Below, in pieces: positions 1 through 9,152 of a stretch of 64,000 nt of DNA. Source of the stretch: a bacterium (GTDB lineage Bacteria > UBA8248 > JACPRG01 > G963555815); the NCBI GenBank assembly GCA_963555815.3, contig CAUVWX020000001.1, positions 640,001 through 704,000 on the forward strand, read 5' to 3'. The notes beneath the pieces were generated by a model. It was not told the origin of the DNA. It saw only the letters and a list, made by a program, of their open reading frames with translations, and searched no databases. The number at the start of each line of letters is the position of its first letter. Within the stretch, counting starts at the first letter, position 1. The position numbers and the translations under genes are program-made.

Positions 1-74
1 ACTACTAATAAAGTTAGTGCTCCCCGGCCCCCGCGTCAACGGTGAACGCCGTAGCAGAAGCCAAGCACAGATAC

Positions 75-103
75 ACGTTATCAATCGCCCCTTTTACTGT
101 CAA
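75..103 (-). promoter_or_regulatory. sigma70-like promoter for a gene left of the window
   Basis: Minus strand reads TTGACA-17 nt-TAACGT. Confidence 0.5.
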
Positions 104-184
104 CCCCTTTCCCAGCGCGGCAATCGACCCCCCTTCAAGGTCCTTTAATGGGGGGCCTCGCCGCCCATGCACAAGCCCCGATGT

Positions 185-1201
185 TCAGGCGAACCTGGGG
201 CGGCCAGAGATGTATCCATAATCTTCGAACCAACGGGCGGCGTCAGCGAGGGCGGTCTCGATGGGCGTCTGGGGGATGCCAAGCTCCCGCACGGCCTTGT
301 CAGAGCGGTAAAACATGTAGTTGCCCGCGTGGCGGACGCCTGCAATAGGAACCCGGGGCGCGCGGTGAGTCACGTAGTTGGAGAGATACTCGTTGGCATA
401 GGCGATGAGAAGGGCCAGGGAGTGTGGGATTCGAATGCGAGGAGCTTTCAGGCCCGTCACCCCGGCCAGGGTCTCGAAGATCTCCTTTAGTGTGAGATTC
501 CGATTCGCCAGGATATACCGCTCTCCGGGCCTCCCCTTCTCCATGGCCAGGAGGTGGCCCCGGACCACGTCCCGCACGTCGATGAGGTTGAGACCCGTCT
601 CGATGTAGGCGGGGAGATTCCCCTTAAGAAAATCCAGGATGAGCTTTCCTGTGGCGGTGGGCTTCACGTCCCAGGGCCCGACGGGTGCGCTTGGGTTCAC
701 CACGACCACCGGAAACCCGGTGGCATGGACAGCCAGGGCTTCCTTTTCCGCCAGGTATTTCGATTTCCGATAGGACCCGTACAAGGCTTTTACGCCAGGA
801 TCTGCGGATTCGTCTATGGGCGTCCTATCCGGGGAACCCCCCAGGACCGCAACGGAACTGGTGTGAACGGCCCGCTCCACTCCTGCGTCCCGTGCGGCCT
901 CCAGGATGGCACGAGTCCCTCCGACGTTAGCGGCGTACGTCCGCTTCTCGTCGCGAGCCCAGAGACGGTAAACGGCCGCCACGTGGTAGAGATACCTGCA
1001 GCCCTCAAGCGCCGGGCGCAGCGTATCCGGCGCCGTGAGGTCCCCCTCGACCCACTCCAGACGCTCCGGTGGCAGATCGGCCAGGTGGGTGCGGAGGCTC
1101 CCGGGCCGAATCAACGCCCGGACGTCATGGCCCTCCGACACCAGGAGACGGATCAGGTTAGTCCCGACAAAGCCAGAGCCCCCTGTCACAAATATTTTCA
1201 T
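185..1201 (-). CDS. hpnA: NAD-dependent epimerase/dehydratase, hopanoid-associated sugar epimerase HpnA-like
   Basis: 338 aa; TGGSGFVG Rossmann motif, YRKSK catalytic motif, 'HVAAVYRLW' and 'PVGPWDVKPTATG' typical of HpnA. Confidence 0.75.
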   Translation of the reverse strand: MKIFVTGGSGFVGTNLIRLLVSEGHDVRALIRPGSLRTHLADLPPERLEWVEGDLTAPDTLRPALEGCRYLYHVAAVYRLWARDEKRTYAANVGGTRAILEAARDAGVERAVHTSSVAVLGGSPDRTPIDESADPGVKALYGSYRKSKYLAEKEALAVHATGFPVVVVNPSAPVGPWDVKPTATGKLILDFLKGNLPAYIETGLNLIDVRDVVRGHLLAMEKGRPGERYILANRNLTLKEIFETLAGVTGLKAPRIRIPHSLALLIAYANEYLSNYVTHRAPRVPIAGVRHAGNYMFYRSDKAVRELGIPQTPIETALADAARWFEDYGYISGRPRFA

Positions 1202-1398
1202 TTCAGATGTCCCTGGAGTTGCACGCCGTCAGCGCGGTCCTCAATACCAAATCAAGCTAGGATACTACCAAAGACGAGTGGGGGATTCACATTGACCGAA
1301 CAGAAAGGCGCTGATATCCTCCCACCCTTTCCGGACATTTTCACACCTCTTGCTCCATCTCTTGAGAAAGTTTCAGGAAACGGGGAAAAAGGTCTCAG

Positions 1399-1605
1399 AT
1401 GGGCACTGGTTTCCCTATTCCCGCCGATGGTTCCTCTGAGCTTCTGGCCGCCCGAATCCAGATGGGATCCACGCTCGGGTTCCACATTGTCGTCGCCTGC
1501 CTTGGGGTGGGACTCCCACTCCTCATGCTTTTCGCGGAATGGCGCTTTCTCCGCACGGCCGAGGGTTTTCAGCCTTGCACGACCCTGCACCCTCTTGTAT
1601 CTTGA
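1399..1605 (+). pseudogene. cydA: N-terminal remnant of cytochrome bd oxidase subunit I
   Basis: 'LLAARIQMGSTLGFHIVVACLGVGLPLLMLFAEWRFLRT' resembles the first CydA helix with the heme-ligand His; ORF stops after 68 aa. Confidence 0.6.
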
Positions 1606-1635
1606 TATTCAGACTCTTGCGACAGGTGAGAAAAG

Positions 1636-2013
1636 ATGGTCCCACATAAAAAGGCTTCAGATTTTTCTTCCTTAAGGTTGGGGGTCCTCTCCGGCCTGCT
1701 GGGCATCTCCTGTTGCGTGGCGCCCGTTGTCATGGTGCTTCTAGGCCTCAGTTCAGTCTCCGCCGCCATCAGCCTGGGCAATACCCTGTACTACGACTAT
1801 GGATGGTATTTCCGAGGAGCCGCGCTCCTTCTGGCGGGGATCGGTGTCTACATTCACCTGAAGAAAAGGAACGCCTGTAGCCTCCAGGGGGCGAAGTCTA
1901 ATCGGAGGATGATCGCCGTCGTGTCTATCAGCATGGTCGTGGTCTATCTCGGCTTCCTTTTCTTCACCACCTGGCTCGAACAGATCTCTGCATCACCCCC
2001 CTCGCTCCCCTAA
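1636..2013 (+). CDS. MerT-like small membrane heavy-metal transport protein
   Basis: 125 aa, three hydrophobic segments, 'SCCVAPVV' Cys pair in TM1 and a Cys in the cytoplasmic loop. Confidence 0.6.
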   Translation: MVPHKKASDFSSLRLGVLSGLLGISCCVAPVVMVLLGLSSVSAAISLGNTLYYDYGWYFRGAALLLAGIGVYIHLKKRNACSLQGAKSNRRMIAVVSISMVVVYLGFLFFTTWLEQISASPPSLP

Positions 2014-2125
2014 ACGGTTTCTTGTAAACTTACTTGCAGATTCCCGTCCCAACCTGGGACCACCTTCAAGAGAGGTGACGGATCTCGCAGACTTCCTGAT
2101 TTTCCATTAGAGGAGAGAGAGGACT

Positions 2126-3580
2126 ATGGTCGAGGGAAACCCGTCTTTGGGCGTCCAGCAAAAGCGGGATGCGGACTTCATCTTCCACGAGTTTACGAGA
2201 AGTATCTGTCCTGAATGCCTGAAACTGATCGATGCCGAGATCATTTTCAGAAACAACAAGGTCTACATACGTAAGCGTTGCCCGGAGCACGGCTGGTTCG
2301 AAGGGCTCATCAGCTCCGACGCCGCCATGTACTTGGCCGCTGCCGCCTACAACAAGCCGGGCACCATTCCCCTGAAGTTCAGCACCGAGGTAAAGGACGG
2401 CTGCCCCCTGGACTGCGGCCTGTGCCCTGAGCACAAACAGCACACCTGCACTGCCCTCATTGAAGTAAACACAGGGTGCAACCTCAATTGCCCCATCTGC
2501 TTTGCCGACGCCGGCGACGGCTTTAGCCTCACGCTGGAAGAGGTGGAGCGGATGCTGGACCGGCTCGTGGAGCTGGAGGGGGACCCGGACGTGGTGCAGT
2601 TCAGCGGGGGGGAGCCCACCATCCATCCCCAGATCATGGACATGGTGCGGGCGGCAAAGGCCCGGGGCATCCGCTCTGTCGTGATCAACACCAACGGCGT
2701 ACGGATCGCCAAGGACGACCGCTTCCTGGAGGAATTGGAGGAGGTAAAGCCCTCGATATTCCTTCAGTTCGACGGCCTGGAGCAGGAGACGTACCGGAAG
2801 ATCAGAGGGGAGGATCTTCTGGAGATCAAGCTGCGCTGCCTGGAGCGACTGGCGGAGATAGACCTGAACGTGGTGCTGGTGGCGGCGGTGGAGAGGGGCA
2901 TCAACGAGCACGAGGTGGGCGCTCTGGTGAAATTCGGGATAGAGCATCCTGCAGCGCGAGGCATTCTCTTCCAACCTGTCACCCACACCGGCCGCCACCT
3001 GCCCTTCAACCCCCTGGAGCGCATGACCATACCGGACGTGGTCTACGGCATCGTAGAGCAGTCAGGAGGGGTGTTCAGAAAAGAGGATTTTGTTCCAGTG
3101 CCCTGCTGTTTCCCCACCTGTCAAATGAACACTTACGTGTACGCGGATGACTCGAAGGTGGTGCCTTTGCCGAGGATCGTGCCTGTGGAGCACTACCTGG
3201 ACTACATCTCCAATCGCACTGTGCCCCCGATGCCACCCCCCCCCGAGGTACAGAAGGCGCTGGAATCCCTGTGGTCGTCCTCGGCGGTGGCGGGGTCGGA
3301 AAAGACGGCAAAGGAGTTCGGCTGCGCCTGTGGAGTGGACCTCAGCCCGATTGGGGATCTGAAAAAGCTGAAAAAGCACATCTTCCAGATCGCCATCAAA
3401 GACTTCCTGGATGTTTACACCTTCACCGTCAAGCAGGTGATGAAGTGCTGCGTTGGGGTTCTGGTGCCGGACGGACGCCTCATTCCCTTCTGCGCCTACA
3501 ACACCGTGGGTTACCGGGAACAGGTGAGGGCCCAGCTGGCCAAGCGACCGGAGGAAGCGCGCAATGGTCGACGCCGATAA
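2126..3580 (+). CDS. radical SAM protein, Tes/GDGT-MAS (MJ0619)-like architecture
   Basis: N-terminal CPEC...CPEH, GCPLDCGLCPEH, radical SAM motif CNLNCPIC, SGGEPT, C-terminal CC...PDGRLIPFCAYN; purine-rich RBS upstream. Confidence 0.85.
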   Translation: MVEGNPSLGVQQKRDADFIFHEFTRSICPECLKLIDAEIIFRNNKVYIRKRCPEHGWFEGLISSDAAMYLAAAAYNKPGTIPLKFSTEVKDGCPLDCGLCPEHKQHTCTALIEVNTGCNLNCPICFADAGDGFSLTLEEVERMLDRLVELEGDPDVVQFSGGEPTIHPQIMDMVRAAKARGIRSVVINTNGVRIAKDDRFLEELEEVKPSIFLQFDGLEQETYRKIRGEDLLEIKLRCLERLAEIDLNVVLVAAVERGINEHEVGALVKFGIEHPAARGILFQPVTHTGRHLPFNPLERMTIPDVVYGIVEQSGGVFRKEDFVPVPCCFPTCQMNTYVYADDSKVVPLPRIVPVEHYLDYISNRTVPPMPPPPEVQKALESLWSSSAVAGSEKTAKEFGCACGVDLSPIGDLKKLKKHIFQIAIKDFLDVYTFTVKQVMKCCVGVLVPDGRLIPFCAYNTVGYREQVRAQLAKRPEEARNGRRR

Positions 3581-4361
3581 GGGGACGCGCCCGCAGCTCG
3601 CGTGCTGCTCCGACCTCTACGAGCTGGATCTGGTGCGGGACCTTCTGGGGGACAGTCTGCACCCCGGCGGGCTGGCCCTAACCCGATCCCTCGCCAAGGC
3701 GATGGGCCTGTCCGCAGGGCAACATCTGTTGGACGTGGCCTGTGGCCCTGGCCGCAGCCCCATCATGCTGGCTCAGACCTACAAGTGTCATGTGACGGGG
3801 GTGGATCTGAGTCGAAAAGCTGTAGGGATGGCGCTGGGGGAGGCGCGACGCTACCGCCTGGAGCCTCTCACCACTTTCCTAACAGGCGACGCCTCCTGTC
3901 TTCCCTTTTCACAAGACGTGTTTGACGCCGCCTTTTGTGAATGCTCTCTCACCCTGTTCCCTGATGATCAGAAAGCGTTGGCCGAAATGGCCCGCGCGTT
4001 AAAGCCCGGAGGCCGTTTGGGGCTCAGCGACGTCACTTTTGTCCTGGACGCCCTTCCCCCTTCCCTGGACTTTCTCGAGGCCCAGGCGATGTGCATCCCT
4101 TTTGATACAGGTCCCGAGAAGTACACCCAGGCTATGGAAAGTGTGGGTTTGACGGTGGAGCAGGCGACGGACTGTTCCCAGACGATCTTGCCCCTTCTGG
4201 AAGATATCAGGGCGAAGCTGGGGCTGGTCGCTTCCTTTGCAAAAGACGGCGGCCAAGAGTGGGGCCATCGCCTGGAGGAGACCATCGCCGCGGTCAAAGG
4301 GCTGGTAGAAGACGGCAAGCTGGGTTACTGGACTTTTATCGCCCAAAAGATCTCTAAATAA
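3564..4361 (+). CDS. class I SAM-dependent methyltransferase with N-terminal CC pair
   Basis: LDVACGPG motif I, LHPGG, LKPGGRL; overlaps the radical SAM stop by 17 nt, suggesting coupling. Confidence 0.85.
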   Translation: MVDADKGTRPQLACCSDLYELDLVRDLLGDSLHPGGLALTRSLAKAMGLSAGQHLLDVACGPGRSPIMLAQTYKCHVTGVDLSRKAVGMALGEARRYRLEPLTTFLTGDASCLPFSQDVFDAAFCECSLTLFPDDQKALAEMARALKPGGRLGLSDVTFVLDALPPSLDFLEAQAMCIPFDTGPEKYTQAMESVGLTVEQATDCSQTILPLLEDIRAKLGLVASFAKDGGQEWGHRLEETIAAVKGLVEDGKLGYWTFIAQKISK

Positions 4362-4476
4362 AAACCTTTAAGCGACCTTCCTGCGAGCATAATTCGGCTA
4401 TCCAACATTTAGGAGCTAAAGATATAAATCTACCCATTCGATGATCGCCGCTACACTGATTGCCCCTTGAATTCCC

Positions 4477-6261
4477 TCACCCGGGGAGGATGATGGGGGA
4501 GTCCGGTCTTTGGGAGGGAGGTTCTTTTGGGGGTTCTCTCTGCTCATAGGGACTGACGATGAGGGAGGACTCAGAGGGTTCCCCAGAGGGAGCTTCTTGT
4601 TCTTCAAGGGTGGCCAGAAGCCTCCTTTTGACGAGACCGAGCAGGAAGGGGTGGTCTACAGGTTCACCTTCTCCTGCTTTTGCCTGATCGGCGGCCGAGA
4701 GGGCCAGACGGGCCGCCTCCTTTCGCCTGAGACAGTAAAAGATATAGGCCATATCGTCCAACCTTCGCCCATATCGCTCGCGCCTGCCCTCATCCATCGC
4801 GGTGTTCGCAGCCTTTCGGCAGATCTCCTCAACCTGACCTTCGCGCTGATGCGGGCTCACGATGAGGGCGCTCTTTTTTAGCCCCCGAACCTCCTCTGCA
4901 AAATCCTCCAGCGCCTCCTCCTCAACAGCCCACCCGGCGAACTCCGGCTCTTTTAAAAGATCTTCCGACTGGCGCCAGAGCTCAGGCCCCGCCTCACTCA
5001 AGATGTCGGCCCGATGAGCCTCCACCGGGGAAACCGGGGTTTCCTCACTCGTGGAGATGAGGGCTTCCACCTGATCTCTATAAAGGGGGTAGTCCTCCGG
5101 GACCTCCACTTGTCGCTCCTGCGTTCTCTGATAGGCCAACCCCAGGAGGTGGGCGCAATAGGGCGTCGGGGCTTCGATGAGGGGGAACTCGTCACGGCTG
5201 AAGGCCGCCTTCAGGAACTCTTTGAGAGCGCGATGGGAGGCCTCAAAGGCCTTGAAGTCGAGGAGGCCCTGGACATCATTGCAGACGCCCTGGAAAAAGA
5301 TCCTCATCCCCCTGGGTTGGGGCCTCGAGATCCCGATCATCTGACTCCCTGAACCATCGATGGCGCTGAGATAGCCCTGGGGGGGCGTCACCGATGGCCG
5401 GTAGATAGCCTTCTTGGCCTGGGACTTGGCCCCTTTCGGGGTCAGACCCCGTTCCCGCAGACGATAAAGGGCGCGGCGAAGGCGCCGGGACGTCTCCTTT
5501 TCAGAATTGGCCTCGAGGAAACTCTCAAGGAGGTCAGCCGCCCTCGGGTCCTCAATCCGGGCGAGGGCGTCAATGGTCTCGGCGTGAAGGCGTGGCTCTC
5601 GACTCTGAAAGAGCCGGATGACGTCAAAGGCGGCCTGAGCGTGGGAGGCCGCCAGTTCGTCCAGCGTGTCCCGACGGAGGTCCGCAGGAAGCTGAAGGAA
5701 TTTGAGAAAGAGCGGGTGGGAGCCGTGAAGGGATTCCGGCCGAAGCCCGGGGAGCCCTTCCAGGACTTCCACAGCGTCGGCCAAGCATTCGGCGAACCCG
5801 CGCTCGAGGGGACTCCCGAGCTCCTCCAGGATCTCAGCCACCTTAAACTTGGCCCTCAAGTCAATGGACGAGTCAAAGACAAGGCGCTCCAGGTGAGGGA
5901 CCGCGGCGTGATCCTCCAACCGCGAGATGACTTCCAAGAGTTCCAGGCGCTCGGCGAGTTTGGCCTCTTCAATCCGCTGGACGAGGGAAGCCAGATAGTC
6001 CCCGCCCCATCGGCGAAGCTCCCCCAAGAGCTCTTCCGCCTCCTGAAAGGTCCCCTCATGTCGGATGGCTTCGAGAACGGTCTTCAGGAACTCGGCGAAC
6101 TTCTTTCGCTTGGAGGCATCGGGGAGAGGAGGCTTCGGCGAGCCCCTTGGGGGCGAAGTGCTCGGACCGTCGGGAGTGGCTTCGCTGAGACCAGGCTGAA
6201 CGACTGGTTCAACTTGCCCAGTCCCGTGTTTCTTTCGAGTTTTTCCAGAATGTTTGGGCAT
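4477..6261 (-). CDS. hypothetical protein with HEAT-like helical repeats
   Basis: 594 aa ORF; HEAT-like segments (DALARIEDPRAADLL); upstream promoter candidate. Confidence 0.7.
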   Translation of the reverse strand: MPKHSGKTRKKHGTGQVEPVVQPGLSEATPDGPSTSPPRGSPKPPLPDASKRKKFAEFLKTVLEAIRHEGTFQEAEELLGELRRWGGDYLASLVQRIEEAKLAERLELLEVISRLEDHAAVPHLERLVFDSSIDLRAKFKVAEILEELGSPLERGFAECLADAVEVLEGLPGLRPESLHGSHPLFLKFLQLPADLRRDTLDELAASHAQAAFDVIRLFQSREPRLHAETIDALARIEDPRAADLLESFLEANSEKETSRRLRRALYRLRERGLTPKGAKSQAKKAIYRPSVTPPQGYLSAIDGSGSQMIGISRPQPRGMRIFFQGVCNDVQGLLDFKAFEASHRALKEFLKAAFSRDEFPLIEAPTPYCAHLLGLAYQRTQERQVEVPEDYPLYRDQVEALISTSEETPVSPVEAHRADILSEAGPELWRQSEDLLKEPEFAGWAVEEEALEDFAEEVRGLKKSALIVSPHQREGQVEEICRKAANTAMDEGRRERYGRRLDDMAYIFYCLRRKEAARLALSAADQAKAGEGEPVDHPFLLGLVKRRLLATLEEQEAPSGEPSESSLIVSPYEQREPPKEPPSQRPDSPIILPG

Positions 6262-6335
6262 AAAAATAAAAGGGGGAAAAGAGAACCTTCGATCCCCTGA
6301 AAAGCCTTCAAATGCCGCCGAAACCTTCCCCAGCC

Positions 6336-6364
6336 AGTATCTAGGGAGCCTGGGCTTTTGTCAA
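6336..6364 (-). promoter_or_regulatory. sigma70-like promoter
   Basis: Minus strand TTGACA-17 nt-GATACT upstream of the 4477-6261 ORF. Confidence 0.5.
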
Positions 6365-6555
6365 CCCCTGGGCTGATGCATGCATTTCAAACACAGGTGC
6401 ACTCCACACCGAGCCAGCGCCTTTTCTGCCCCAGTAGGGTACAATGAATTGCCTCCAGCCCATTCAACGACCACTCCCCATTTACGGGCGCAGGAGGATT
6501 TATCTAAAATGGGACGCACAGGCGTCAAACTTCTCAAATCCTTGGTTCATCGGAG

Positions 6556-7398
6556 GTGAAAATCGCGCTGTCTTTTTACTCCCCTCGGGTGCTCCTTCCT
6601 CTCCTGGAGGGCCTTCTTATCGGGTGCGGGGCCATCGAGGAATTCTTCATCTTCCATCCGGGCCGCACGGTGCACGGAACGCCCAGCGCCCTGGGCCTCC
6701 GCTTTGAGGACGTCCGCTTCCCGGCCGCCGACGGGACGGAGCTTCACGGCTGGTTCGTTCCGGCCCGAGAGGGTGCCGCTTCTGCAACACTCGTCTGGTT
6801 CCACGGCAACGCCGGAAACATCAGCGATCGCCTGGAAAATCTCAAGATCTTTCACGACAGCCTGGAAGTCCACATCTTCCTCTTTGACTACCGGGGCTTT
6901 GGCAATAGCGATGGGAAGATTTCAGAGAAGGGGACGTATCAGGACGCCGAAGGTGCATGGACTTACCTTCAGTCCAGATCGGATGTGGACCCAAAGAAAA
7001 TGGTTTTCTTCGGCCGGTCCCTCGGGGCATCGGTCGCAGTGGAGCTCGCACTGCGCTACCCGCCGGCCGGCCTCATTCTCGAAAGCCCCTTTCTCTCCGT
7101 CCCCGCCATGGCCCGCTCCATCATCCCCCTCCCGCTCGGGCGGCTGTTCAAGACCCGCTACGATTCCCTGGCCAAGATCCCGCAGGTCCGGGTCCCCCTC
7201 CTTGTTCTCCACGGAGACCAGGACACCATCGTCCCCCTCAGCCAGGGGAAGGCGCTCTTTAAGGCGGCCAACGAGCCGAAATCTTTTTACCTCATCGCTG
7301 GGGCGGACCATAACGATACCTACCTCGTCGGCGGTGCGCCCTATCTGAAGGCACTCGCCGAGTTCCTCAAAGAGATAGCCCGAGGGCCGAAGGGCTGA
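6556..7398 (+). CDS. alpha/beta hydrolase (ABHD13/Bem46-like)
   Basis: FHGNAGN, DYRGFG, GRSLG nucleophile elbow, HGDQD and GADHND motifs. Confidence 0.9.
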   Translation: MKIALSFYSPRVLLPLLEGLLIGCGAIEEFFIFHPGRTVHGTPSALGLRFEDVRFPAADGTELHGWFVPAREGAASATLVWFHGNAGNISDRLENLKIFHDSLEVHIFLFDYRGFGNSDGKISEKGTYQDAEGAWTYLQSRSDVDPKKMVFFGRSLGASVAVELALRYPPAGLILESPFLSVPAMARSIIPLPLGRLFKTRYDSLAKIPQVRVPLLVLHGDQDTIVPLSQGKALFKAANEPKSFYLIAGADHNDTYLVGGAPYLKALAEFLKEIARGPKG

Positions 7399-7450
7399 CG
7401 CTCCCGCTGAGACATCGACTCAGAGAAGGTCTCACAAAAGGGGAGGTGCA

Positions 7451-8236
7451 ATGACTGGCTCGCAAGTGGTTCGCGTCGGGGGGGAGGGCCCCATCGGCCG
7501 GATCGTCCTCCAGCGGCCTGAGGCCCTGAACGCCCTGAACAGGGAGATGATTCGATCCCTGAGCCAGTCCTTTGATCAGTTGTCCGGCTTGGACGAGGTT
7601 CGGGTGGTCGTCATCGAGAGCGCCTGCGAGCGGGCATTTTCAGCGGGGGCCGACCTGAAGGAACGAAAGGCCCTCTCCGCGGCGGAAACGGAGGCGCTTC
7701 GAAATGAGTTAGTCATTGTGTTTCAAAAGGTTACATGCTTTCCAAAACCCCTTATTGCCGCCGTGCACGGATTCGCTCTGGGGGGTGGCTTCGAGCTGGC
7801 CTTGGCCTGCGATCTCATCTTGGCTGATGAGACGGCTGTCTTCGGCCTCCCAGAGGTAAGCCTCGGCATCATCCCGGCCGGCGGCGGGACGCAGGCCCTT
7901 CCCCGCCGGGTCGGCGCCAGCCGGGCGAAGGAGCTCATCTTCACGGGCCGGCGCATCGACGCCCGAGAGGCCGAACGCCTGGGAATCGTCCTCGAGGTCG
8001 TTCCCCCTGGCGAGGCTGCGAACAGGGCCCACGCCCTGGCGGAGGAGATGGCCCAGAACGCCCCCATCTCCTTGCGTCAGGCAAAAAGGGCCATTGATGG
8101 AGGTCTTGGGCGAAGCCCAGAGCAAGGCTGGGAGATCGAAGACGCCGCCTACAAGATGACCCTGGCGACAGAGGATCGAGAGGAGGGCCTTCGGGCCTTT
8201 GCCGAGCGTCGACGGCCCCAGTATCGGGGTCGCTGA
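7451..8236 (+). CDS. enoyl-CoA hydratase/isomerase family protein
   Basis: FSAGADLKE, ALGGGFELALACD, FGLPEVSLGIIPAGGGTQ crotonase motifs; GGAGG RBS. Confidence 0.92.
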   Translation: MTGSQVVRVGGEGPIGRIVLQRPEALNALNREMIRSLSQSFDQLSGLDEVRVVVIESACERAFSAGADLKERKALSAAETEALRNELVIVFQKVTCFPKPLIAAVHGFALGGGFELALACDLILADETAVFGLPEVSLGIIPAGGGTQALPRRVGASRAKELIFTGRRIDAREAERLGIVLEVVPPGEAANRAHALAEEMAQNAPISLRQAKRAIDGGLGRSPEQGWEIEDAAYKMTLATEDREEGLRAFAERRRPQYRGR

Positions 8237-8301
8237 GAGATGGTCTAATTCCCCCCTAAAGTGCTCCCCTGTCCGAATATGTCGTGGATGAGCAGACCGC
8301 C

Positions 8302-8330
8302 TTGACACAGGACCTTGAGGTTCCTAGAAT
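8302..8330 (+). promoter_or_regulatory. sigma70 promoter of the rpmH operon
   Basis: TTGACA-17 nt-TAGAAT. Confidence 0.7.
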
Positions 8331-8392
8331 AAAAGATGAGTTAGTCTGATAATTGCTTTGCCCTCCCGTTCCGAAGTGTCCGGAGACCTCGG

Positions 8393-8527
8393 GTGAAAAG
8401 GACCTATCAGCCCAAGCGCAGGAAACGGAAAAGGGTCCATGGCTTTTTTCAGCGAATGAGCTCGCCGGGGGGTCGCAGAGTCCTAAGCGCCAGGCGGCGA
8501 AAAGGACGAAAACGTCTTACTGTCTGA
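8393..8527 (+). CDS. rpmH: 50S ribosomal protein L34 (absent from the ORF track)
   Basis: Manual translation from [47 protein letters not shown], 44 aa. Confidence 0.97.
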   Translation: MKRTYQPKRRKRKRVHGFFQRMSSPGGRRVLSARRRKGRKRLTV

Positions 8528-8548
8528 GGGGGAAATCCTTCTTCAGGG

Positions 8549-8911
8549 GTGGCTGAGAAGTCTTCGGAAAGGATCTCCGACCGTCTCGGCAAAAGGGACT
8601 TCAGCACCATATGTGCAGCCAGGCCCCTTCGGTCTACACCGACCTTCAGGCTCTTCTGGGCGTCGAACACAGGGGCGCTGAAGCGCCTAGGGCTTTCGGT
8701 CTCCAGAAGGGTCGGGTCGGCAGTGGTGCGAAATCGGGTGAGGCGGCGCGTGAAGGAGATCCACCGGCAAAACGCCTTTCTTCTCCCCGACGGAACCGAC
8801 ATCGTGCTGGTGGCACGACCCGGGATTGTGAACCTTTCATATGATGAGCTTCGGACTGCGCTCCTTGAGTCTTTTGAGGCCGTCGCAGCCACAAAGGGTT
8901 CAAGCGGCTAG
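8549..8911 (+). CDS. rnpA: ribonuclease P protein component
   Basis: RLGLSVSRRVGSAVVRNRVRRR (RNR motif); follows rpmH. Confidence 0.95.
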   Translation: MAEKSSERISDRLGKRDFSTICAARPLRSTPTFRLFWASNTGALKRLGLSVSRRVGSAVVRNRVRRRVKEIHRQNAFLLPDGTDIVLVARPGIVNLSYDELRTALLESFEAVAATKGSSG

Positions 8912-9137
8912 AGGGCGAATCGAGCTCGCTCTTGGGACCACCCTCTCATACGTCATCACCCTCTACCGTGTCAGTCTCTCGCCCTTCCTGCCCCCCACCT
9001 GCCGGTTCAGCCCCTCTTGCTCCGAATATGCCCTGCAGGCCGTCACACGCCACAAACTGTTAAAGGCCATGCAGTTAATCTGCTGGCGGCTTTTGCGGTG
9101 TCATCCTTTCCACCCGGGCGGGCATGACCCGCTTTAA
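8841..9137 (+). CDS. yidD: membrane protein insertion efficiency factor (start uncertain, probably downstream)
   Basis: SPFLPPTCRFSPSCSEYA and RLLRCHPFHPGGHDP; conserved synteny. Confidence 0.9.
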   Translation: MMSFGLRSLSLLRPSQPQRVQAARGRIELALGTTLSYVITLYRVSLSPFLPPTCRFSPSCSEYALQAVTRHKLLKAMQLICWRLLRCHPFHPGGHDPL

Positions 9138-9152
9138 TTAGGAAAAGGCCCT

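Noticed and set aside
1..140. tmRNA, 6S or other ncRNA at the window start
   Set aside because: No recognisable motif; best explained as a promoter and leader for a gene outside the window.
2034..2066. MerR-type operator (GTCCCA-acc-TGGGAC dyad) upstream of the radical SAM gene
   Set aside because: Only a 6-bp dyad, no convincing 19-bp-spaced promoter and no merR gene nearby.
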